NCBI RefSeq assembly: GCF_009834535.1
Contig: NC_045697.1
Location: 60,452,001 to 60,516,000, forward strand
From: Camelus ferus
Taxonomy: Eukaryota
DNA length: 64,000 nucleotides
Reading direction: 5' to 3'
Shown here: piece by piece, positions 54,149-64,000 of the stretch
How the letters are laid out: every line of letters begins with the position of its first letter
Numbering within the stretch: the stretch's first letter is position 1
Notes under the pieces: model-generated
Database searches by the model: none
The model's input: only the letters and a program-made list of their open reading frames with translations
Told to the model about the DNA's origin: nothing
Program-made: the position numbers and the translations under genes

Positions 54149-57100
54149 GCCTTTGAAAACTTGAAAATAAATGTGTATTTGTATACACACAGAATAAACA
54201 AATAGATAAATGGAATATGCCAGGTCTTTAGTGACCAACAGATCTCTCATTACTGTCAGGGTCAACTATTCTAATACTTAATATCTGTACTACCTCTTCC
54301 AGAGAATTCCCTGGTAATAAATTATATGTGGACACTGGATTTCTGAGTTGTTAAAAAGGTAAGTGAGAAGTTGCATATCTTAGAAGCTATAAAAACATTG
54401 TATTTCTCATATTCCTTTAGACTCACAGTAGCCCACCATGTTTCAAAGGTGTAGGGATCTGACTTTTAATTTCCTATAAAATTTAGGATTGAAAATCTGA
54501 GACAACAGTAGGTAATTTCATCTACAACCAGAACATGGGTCAGGATACAAAGTTAAATGCACTTGCTCTTACCATACCCCTGACAACTTTATGTCTAAAT
54601 TTCTCCAAAATGTAAACCTAGCCAGGGATGCTTAGGTACTCGCCTCCTTTTTATGTGTTGTGATATTTCATGTTACCTCAAATTTAAAGAGAAATGTACG
54701 TACTCAACCTAAAAAATTTCCAGAAATGTGTTATTTCAGCGGGAGTTTACATTTCCAACAGGTCTTGCTTATTCTCTTCTTACATTACTAAATAAAGTCC
54801 ATTCCTCACACACTACCCTCAGGGGAATAACTTTTCATGAAGCCAAGCAGTGTTTGGTCATTGTCGCCATCTACAGTCTACCCCAACATGTAGCACATAA
54901 AACCAATACACTTCATGACAGCACTGGGGAATCTCATCCCCACTTAGCCTAAATCTGTTCATCCTCTTTGTTGTATTTATTCTTACAGAAATTGATCACA
55001 AATGATTTCAACGTTATCATCAGGAATACAGTATGTTCTAGGTATTAAACTCCACTCCCCGAGAGACTATCTGGAGTGTGTATAGTAGTGTACACATTTA
55101 GAAAAATGTAGGTAGTACAGTCTTTGTTTTCTCTTTCTATTGTTATTAGTGCATCCTGGGCTTCAAAACAAGCAGAGTGAAGTTCTGTCTTAGAAGCACA
55201 AGTTCCCAACTCACCAAAATCTCTCCTTCCAAAGGAATTAAAAGAAATAATAAAAGAAAACCAAAGAATCCCACTATAACTCTACCATAAACTGGATCAA
55301 ATCCCTTACTCAGCAATTTCAATTGAGTCCAACTGTCTACATGGTCACTATTATATAAACCACTGATTTCTTCCACTGAGAATAAAACTACACGCCCATT
55401 TATATTTCAATGTTCAGCACTTAAAAAACTATAACCACGTAATAATGTTTTTACTTCCTAAGGATGAGGCTCTGGGCAAATTACAGGCCTACCTAAGGAA
55501 CTCTTAGCCTTTGAGAGACAGTTCCACCACAGGTACACGTGTGGCCCATGACTAATGTGTACGTAAGTAAAGGGATGAGGCGTTTCCTCGAACAGTATAG
55601 CAAAGCAACGAGGATACTGTGCCAAGTGACTGCTGAGGCAAAACCGGGTGATATGCAGACATTTTAACGAGATGTGGTTCACTGTACTGATTCACTTTCC
55701 TTCAAATGGAGCTTTTCTCTGTTACTTCCTGAAATAACTGACTTTATACCTTCTTGATGCATACTTCACTTCATGCCTGAGAGCAGCTTGCTTCTTCCCT
55801 TGGTTCATACTTTGCCCTCTGCAATTCCAGTTCCCTCATGCCTATTCTTCCGTTTGCCTCCTTGGCATCTCCCTTCATATGAACATAAGCACGCTTGGCA
55901 AAATACCATCACGCAGCTCTTAGGAATACTACTCCCAAGTAGACCTCTCGTCACCAACACTTAAATATTCCAGCTGTCAACTTACTTGGGCAAAGTCCCA
56001 TGTCAAATGCTTTCTTCCTTTCCATGGTGCCAGATTTTTGTCTGTTTTATTTTTACAAATTTAAAAATTATCAGAGAAAGCCTACTTCATTTCTTAGCTG
56101 TTAATTTAATAACTTCCACTTATCTTCTCATATCACTGAAATCACATGCATGTTGTGACTAGGCAATTATTCACAAAATATCTAGACTCAAGTAATAATA
56201 CAACTTTGAATTTGTTTGATCAAATAGTTCCTGGAGTCGTCTAAGAGGACATGTTGTGCTTCCACGAGAAAGTGAATCATAAGCATTAGTATTAAAAAGT
56301 TTATAGTATGAATAATTAATAGTCCCTTTCTTTGTTTTGGCAGAATACAAAGATACTTAAAGAAAAATAATTTTAAAGTATTTCTTTAATTTATGCTTTC
56401 GAATACAAAGTACTAACATTTCAGAAAGAGAACAATTCAATTTTATTTTACTAATGTTTATTGAAATTGTTCAATATTTTAAAAAGCACTAATCAGCATT
56501 TGGTTGCTAAAGTTATTTTTTAATTTGTGGGATTATTGTTCTTGGCACTCATTTGTGTGATGGGGTTTGAGGTATAAACGTGCTATAGAAATGCATTATT
56601 TGTCATCCACTCTAATCTTTTTAAACATATATTTGTCTGTCATTCAACTTAATTTATAGCTTCTTTGGACTTTTCCCAATTCCAGATATACTAGTGGTTG
56701 CTATGAAATAACAAAAGATATGTCTGCTTTGCATTTCTAATTAAAATCCTGAAAGTTAGCAGTTTGTGGTACTCTCAGATGACATATAACTATGAACCTC
56801 CGTTTTGATACTTTATAAAACACTAAATGCATATTATTTGTTTATTTTTTTTTCATGCTCTCAAAATGCAGAAAGGATGGTGTTAATAGATGCTCCACTG
56901 ATAAGGCTTCTGAGAGGGTCCGTGTATAATTTAACACATGAATGTTTGTCAAATTTGATTGCTACTCTAGATTGTTTCTTTTGAGAAGAAAATATAATTT
57001 TCCACTGAAGTAAATCAGGTTTAACTCTTATTCTTTTCTTAAACATTGCACTTAGTAAAAACTAGGAGAAACCTAATAGGAAGCAAATCTTTTCTACGCA

Positions 57101-59142
57101 GTCATATTGTTGCTGACATGGAGAAATCACTGCAAATACAGGAAACTCATTTGGTTATCTTGGCCAGCCATCTGTCTTAAAATAATACATTTAGCCCTCT
57201 TTTACAGATACCCAGATGCAACTGCATGAATGAGTGACAAAAGTAAGTACATGGGGATACAGGCCCAAACCTCCATTAACAAGAATAGTTTTGGTCTGTA
57301 TCTGATTGATAGAGACCTAATTACAGATATATTCAATTGAAAAGGGTATTTCCAGTTCTAAAGTAAACGTTCAGTCCATCCCAAATATTTGCTTAGATAA
57401 CATATAGCACTCAGTTTTCAAAAAGGAAATGCTCCTTAAGAGCTATGTCATTTTAAAAAAAAGTTTCATTTCATCTCTTTCATACTATTTATATTTGTTT
57501 TACCATCACCTTGAACTCATTATGTTTGAATTTTATTTTATATCATGCCCTCTCTATCCAAATGTATTACTTTTAAATTCATTCTTCTATTTAATACATT
57601 AATATGTTTTAAGACTGGGAGACATGATTCAAAATTATTTTTTGTATTTTCTTTTGGTTATCTCCTAAATAAACACTACTAAAGGAATGGTGTTTCATTT
57701 CTGGTGCCTAAAATTCATATTGAGATTATAAACTTTGGTGATGAGGCAGCACTTCTTTTTCTCTAAAAAATGTACACATACAATAAAAAGTTAAGACTCT
57801 ATTTCAGGCTCTGCTCAATACATGGTTGTTGAATAAATCAACACACATAAAATAGGAAAACAAGATAAAACAAAGCAGAATTCAGCTTGTCATTGAAACC
57901 TTGAGCATTACTGAAAATAATTTTTAAAACTTGGCAATCACATTGAAAAGATAACGGTCCTGGGTTGCAGACAGTTAAAAAGTCTGAATTGTGTTATTCT
58001 GATAGTATTTTCACCTGTTGAGTTGCTCTGTAATTTCATTAGGCATTTATTCTATTCTTGATTTTAGTCCTTTTAAAAACTGAGTGGCCAACACCTTATA
58101 CTGAAAATTATCTTATCATTTTTTTCTTACATTCTGTACTTCACTTACCTGTTCAAACCATCTTGACACTACATAAACTTTTAAGTTAAATACATCAAGC
58201 ATGGGGAATTAATTCTACTATATATTAGTGGTCAAACATGACCAAAGAACAGTACAAATCAATATTTATTAAGCAACTGAATTAAGTGTGGAACAAGCTG
58301 ATTCACTTATTCATTTGAACACATTTAGTTGCTTAATATAAAAACTGCCAATAAACTTTCTTGATTTTTATCCTTCTCATTAATAATTTAAGAATTTTTA
58401 AATACCATGTCTTTGATCATATCAATTTAATGCTGAGACAAAATGGAAAATTTCTAGCTAAAACTCCAATTATGCAGATATGTATTTATAAGCACATGAA
58501 ATATATTCCTTATAACTCTTTATTCATTTCTTGATTTGTTACTATATAAACATATTTTCTTCTCTTAGGACACTTGTAGAGCATGTAGCCAGATGGTTTA
58601 TGTGAAGAACAACCGCTAAACAGCTGAAGTTTGTGATGTAACTATTTATCAGAGTCCTAGCTTATGTAAAGCTTTACCACTTTATCCATGAAGAGGTCAC
58701 AGTTCAGTTGTTAAAGAGGAATTTGCCTCTAAGTTCTACAATCATGAACGTGACTATAACACTAACTCCTTGCAGTATATCTATCCAGAAGGCTTTAGTT
58801 GTTTTATTTGATTATGTGTAAACTAAGATGCTACAGTGAAAATTGATTGGCAAAGAAATCCCAAAATAAAACAAGTCAAAGTAGAAGTCTGGAAGGCATG
58901 AGATGTCCTATACAACTCATTTATCAAACTGACACATAACTATCAGTAGTAGTATATTATTTTTAAATAAATACTATATCCATTCAGCCACTGCATTAGT
59001 GTAATGTGAAATGCAACTATTTGCCTTCAGTCAAACTTGACAATTATTTTTTGTTGGTTCATTCCTACGCTGAAGTCGTGGGAGTATTATTTTATAAGTG
59101 AAGTTTGAAGAAAGGAACATTAAGTTTAAAAAGAAAACAGAT

Positions 59143-59289
59143 GGGAGGTGGGTATAGCTTGGTGGCAGGGCACATGCTTAGCATGCATGAGGTCCTGGGT
59201 TCAATGTCCAGTACCTACATTAGAAATAAAAATCAATAAAAAATCAAGGACACCTCAAACAAAAGAATAAAAATAAATAAAAAATTTTT
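59143..59289 (+). mobile_element. tRNA-derived SINE (camelid vic-1-like), second copy
   Basis: 'gggtatagcttggtggcagggcacatgcttagcatgcatgaggtcctgggttcaat', A-rich tail, and a 14-bp TSD with two mismatches. Confidence 0.92.
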
Positions 59290-61376
59290 AAAAGAAAATG
59301 GATATATAGATTCTTTTAAGTGTGGAATAAAACAAAAAAAAAATTTAACTTTGAAAACCATTACATATATACATATGAAAACCAAAATGGACTGAAATCC
59401 TAATTTATATTTTATCCTTATAACTTATAAAAATTAAAATGGGAAACATAAGATTTAAAAGTTTCAAGTTGTTCCTAAAAGTATATCAAAACGTAAACCT
59501 TTGTCCCTCTCGATAAATTTGTCCAAGACAGTTTCTTGAGTAATGTGTATCTGTATATATTTTATTTATTCAAAGGATTTTATGTTCTTTATGTGATTCT
59601 TGTCTACCACATATATTTCAAATAACACTGCTACAAACACACTGACAAACACATGCACATCAATTTCTTTTAATCATTTGCTTTTAGTTTTAGAATTTTA
59701 GGGACTTTTATAAAGTATCAAAATAATCAGGGTTTTATTTAGTGAACAGAATCATTCTTGATGATATGATTAATGAGAACCCATTTAAACCCTAAGTATA
59801 TGTAACTCCCCCAAATGTAGGAGGACTGTCGGAAATTTTTTTTTATGTAGAGTAAAATGTTCAGTTAAATCAAATTTTCTGTTTTTTAAGTTTATCATTT
59901 TCTTTATTCCCATGGAAATATATTTTCTAGCATAGGTCTCAAAATCTCACTACTTTAAAGTTTGTACAAGAATCCATTTGTCCCTGTTGCCTTGTTTAAG
60001 CTCTAAAAGTAAATATTTGACTTGTTAATGTTTTACCTGATAATTTGCATATTGCAAAAATTTGAAAAATAAAAATTATGAAACCATTGGAAGGTCTCTT
60101 ATTTATATTCTTTGTTGTTGTTGTGTGTGTATGTCCTGTGTGTCTGATTTGGTTCTATACCACATAACACGTTGCAATGTCTCAAAGTTTTTCTCATCAA
60201 TAGTTATTAAACAATTATTTGGGCAAATTGACTTTTGCTCCTTCTTGGCGAGATCCAGACTTATATTTGCTAGTTTGAGGTCTAATCAATACTGTGCTAA
60301 CTGCTCCATTAATCCTCTCTCGCTGCTTTTTTCTCTCATCTTTCCAGAAAGCTGTTCACTGTTGTTACCTCACAGTAGATAATTGATTTTCTAAGGTAAT
60401 AACTTTGGAAGTTTATCACTGATTTTTTCCTTTCCCTCACCTGCAGGACCCAATCAAGTTTTGACACACAGCACTCATTTCTGATTATCTAAAATGGATC
60501 ATTCTGTAGTCCAACTTAATGAACAGAGAGACAAAGAAAGAAGAAAAGAAGGAAAAAGGGCTTTGCCACTGCAGTTTCCAGTAGGTGTAATTAACAGTTT
60601 ACAATATTTGATTCCATGAATCGAAACAATTTGGCAATTCCTGAAAAAATGCCTTCTGGAGAAATTTTAAAATTGTTCATGTGCATTTAACAACATGGAA
60701 CATGATAAAAATGTTTTGGGACACTATACATGTTCAAAATTACAATTACAGAGAAAAATTTTATAAGCTGAAGTTTACAGATTGACATGCAAATGTCAGA
60801 ATTGTAAAATTCTAGCCATTGTCTAGAAGCCTAAGCTTTACCTTTAGTTATGACTTTAAATTCATACATGCAAAATGACAACTTTTTCCTAATGCTTTCT
60901 ATATATGTAGGAAGGATATGCTATTGATTGATTTTACTCCTGTCTAATTTCTAGTGATATCTTATAAATTAGTTCTTTGAGATTTATCTGCTTAACTACA
61001 CTTACATATTTTACTTTTAAGCTAATATCCTTCATATTACATGTTATACAGTGACTACTGTGGCTTGTGGATATAAAAGTTCCCAGTTATCTGACATTTT
61101 TAAAATGCCAATTCTGTACATTGTTAGGATACAAATTATACTTAAAAGAAAAGTGTGAAAAGCCTGGATTCTTTGCATAATTCACTTGCTCATGTTTTAT
61201 CCAAAAATACTGCCCAGAGACTTGAAGGGTACCGTGGGTCTATGTAGGAGTTGCACTGTGACCACTGAACAATTCCTCACGGAGCTCTTCTCTTCAGCTT
61301 TAGTAAGGGGCACAGAGGCTTTCTCAGTAGCCACCCGGTTGTGGGTCAACCAAAGGAGCAAAGGATGAGAATGAGA

Positions 61377-61574
61377 AGCACTGTACTAATAAGCCATCTC
61401 TCGGGAGGGGAAGCTGGGAGAGTTCTGATTTACAGTGTATGCTGATTTCTGTGGGGTGAATCCTCCCATCATAGCCAATTCCAAGCTATCAATAATTTAA
61501 GAACTGCCTGAAAATTACCGAAAATGTACAGTCAGATATAGTGAGTCATTTAAAACCAGTTACAGAACACCACT
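61377..61574 (-). mobile_element. MER63A-like hAT-Blackjack MITE
   Basis: 'tgctgatttctgtggggtgaatcctcccatcatagccaattccaagcta' matches the remembered MER63 core in reverse; terminal 'agaacaccact'. Confidence 0.75.
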
Positions 61575-62989
61575 AAATAGGGGATCACATACTGTCAACC
61601 TTCTTTAAAATGCAAAGACTAATTAAATCTTACTTTATTCTAAACCTTACTTGTTAATAACATAAGCCCCCAGAGGCCTTTTGCGCGTCTGCACACACGC
61701 TCATACACACGTTCACGCCTGTCAAGCTTCCTAGATTCTCTTCAGTCACACTGCTAAAGCAGGGCGCTCCGCAGTCTTCTGGCATATGCTCACTCTCACC
61801 TAAGTAAAGGTCAACTATATAATGACTGTGTCTACCAGCCCTCCACCAAGCTATCAGCAAAGTAACAAAGATGTGTTTCCCTGCTTCGTCCTTCTTGCTC
61901 ATATATGCATATTAGAGGCTTATTAGCTGCATTTAAGTTCCTGGTAATCTTTTTATGTAGATAAAATTATTAGTAATAATGTAATAGAACATATTTTAAA
62001 TATTTAGGGGGCTGAGTATATTCATGATTATACTCATCATCAACCATCACCAGTCAAAATGGTAAACAATCCAATTAATAACAATCGGGGTAAATTGAAG
62101 ATATATTTGTTATCTCTCAACTAATTTCAATTCTAACATTTAATTTCATATGAATAAATACTGTTCCTTTATGAAAAAGCCAGGCATTAACCATTCTCAG
62201 GAGTGCTCCAAACAAACTTGCTCAGGAAAGAGCTTTGTAGTGATTCTTAATCTTGGCTAGGAAGCCACAGATGCCAGAAGACTCAATGTACTTCCCAGTA
62301 CACACATGGATGTTTCTGGAACCAAAAAACAAATAGAAAATATAAAAAAAAAAAACCCTCTAATCCTATGAAGAGTTTAAAAAAAAATGACAGCACTTTT
62401 CCCGCCCACATCACAATACCATCACCTCTGTTACTCAACACTGGTTGGAACAGATAAGTAAATGAAACTTTCCTTCCTCCTCAAGTCATGCTTTTAAGTC
62501 AATTTAGCACAATAATGTTAAAATGTAGAATGTGTACAGAAATTGATACAACATGGCAAACTGACTACACTTCAAGAAAAAATTGTATACAAGTAAAAAT
62601 AAAATGGGTCAAAATTTAACTTTTAAAAATAGATGTTCACATGTTTATACTTTACACATATATCATAGTCAGTGGGTTTCTGAAGCACTTAAAAGCTGAA
62701 TAGTAGTAATCCTTAATCTGCTCTAAACATTGAAATTATGTAGGCTGCAGTTTTCTATTTTGAATCTATTTTGTTGATTGGGCTTTCTTTTAACAGAATC
62801 AGCCAATCTTTAAAAATTACTATAAAAGAAGAATTATTCCATTTTTGATGTTGCATGACTACTATCAATGCTGATACTATCCGCACTTATAATTCTCCTT
62901 TCATCACTACTTTCTACCTACAACTAAGTAAACTACCTCCTGTGTTTCTGGGACTGATACTGTAATTGAGTCTGTAAGAAATAAATGAA

Positions 62990-64000
62990 CAGACTTCTGG
63001 TTTTACTTATGACACGTAAAGATCTTGGGAATTGTTACTCATGTCCTTAAAATAAGAAAAATATATAGTAACTGAATATCAATGACATTTTTGAACACAC
63101 CAGAGAACTGACGTTTTAGGGCAAACTGATACCCCCAAAATCTGGATAGACAGACATAACCAAAGAGATACAAAAATTACAAGGCATAGCAAAAGACAAG
63201 AAAAACACAGACTGAAAATACAAAGCAGTCCATAGAACCAGAGTTAGATATGACCCAGGTGTTGGAATTATAAGGCACATAATTTAAAATATCTATAAAT
63301 AATGTGTTAAAGACTCTAGGAAAATATTAACTCATCAGTTGTCACCTGCACAGTCCTAAGAAAAGCCTGTTTGGAAGTGGCCTTTGGCTCCTTGGAGATG
63401 AGCTCTGAGCCCCTTGGACTGTTCTGCCTAATAAGAGCGGTTTTGGATGGCTGAGGCCAAGCGGTTTTGGATGGCTTGGACCAAGCTGTGTAAGTTTGAT
63501 CAGATAGTTAATACAGTTAATGCCTGTTTTTGTTCACAAAGGCTAGAGTCCGAGTAACTGAGGTCAACCACACAGGTGCTACTCGTCTAGGTGACTGCAC
63601 ACCACGGACTGGGCTCTCTGGCTGGCAGTGCTCTGTGTGTGTCACCTTTCACTGAGTTAGAATGAAGCATGTCCGTGCAGCCCCACTGGGAATCCTGTGC
63701 TTGGTTCCTCCTGGACGTCTCCCTTTCCCTTTGCTGATAGTAATCTGTATTCTTTCACTAGGATAAATAGTGACCACTCACATATGAATTTTTCTAGGTT
63801 CTGTGAGTCCTTCTAGTGAATCATCAAATCTGAGGTGATCTTAGGGGTCCTGCCACAGGCTTTAATGGAATAAAATGGACAACATGCAAAATCAGATGGG
63901 TAACATCAGTATAGACATGAAAACTACAGGAAACATTCAAAAAGAACGGCTAGTAGTAAAAAAAAAAAAAAAAAAAAAAAAAGGTAAGAGAGATTAAGAG
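62990..64000 (+). mobile_element. Old L1 5' end/ORF1 start, interrupted by an LTR and running off the window
   Basis: 'agaaccagagttagatatgacccaggtgttggaatta' and, after the LTR, 'tggacaacatgcaaaatcagatgggtaac' are ORF1-region motifs of old L1s. Confidence 0.75.
63317..63857 (+). mobile_element. ERVL solo LTR, MER21-like
   Basis: 3' end 'ttctgtgagtccttctagtgaatcatcaaatctgagg...ccaca'; degenerate 5-bp TSD gactc/ggctt. Confidence 0.82.

Noticed and set aside
54303..54358. Plus-strand exon with aag|gtaagt donor (similar case near 57208-57242)
   Set aside because: Stops in all frames; such splice-like pairs are expected by chance in 64 kb.

Overview
An AT-rich, CpG-depleted mammalian window with no recognisable protein-coding gene, RNA gene or CRISPR array; it looks intergenic or deep intronic. 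It is most likely camelid, inferred from two tRNA-derived SINEs resembling the camelid vic-1 family as I recall it. A large share of the window is transposon relics: L1 of many ages, L2, MIR, MaLR/ERVL LTRs, and hAT and Tigger MITEs. The ORFs I can interpret are L1 ORF2 remnants; the rest look like chance ORFs. I found no convincing new biological system. Best leads: (1) a very young 5'-truncated L1 with a perfect TSD and an intact ORF2 C-terminus; (2) an old-type L1 3' end inserted with a perfect TSD into an apparently younger L1; (3) an inverted pair of Tigger2-type MITEs sharing variants inside one L1; (4) two inverted paralogous L1s about 45 kb apart; (5) a repeat-free, motif-dense enhancer candidate near 40 kb; (6) several exon-like splice-signal pairs. 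Repeat family names come from remembered consensus sequences, not a database search. Boundaries of old repeats are approximate.
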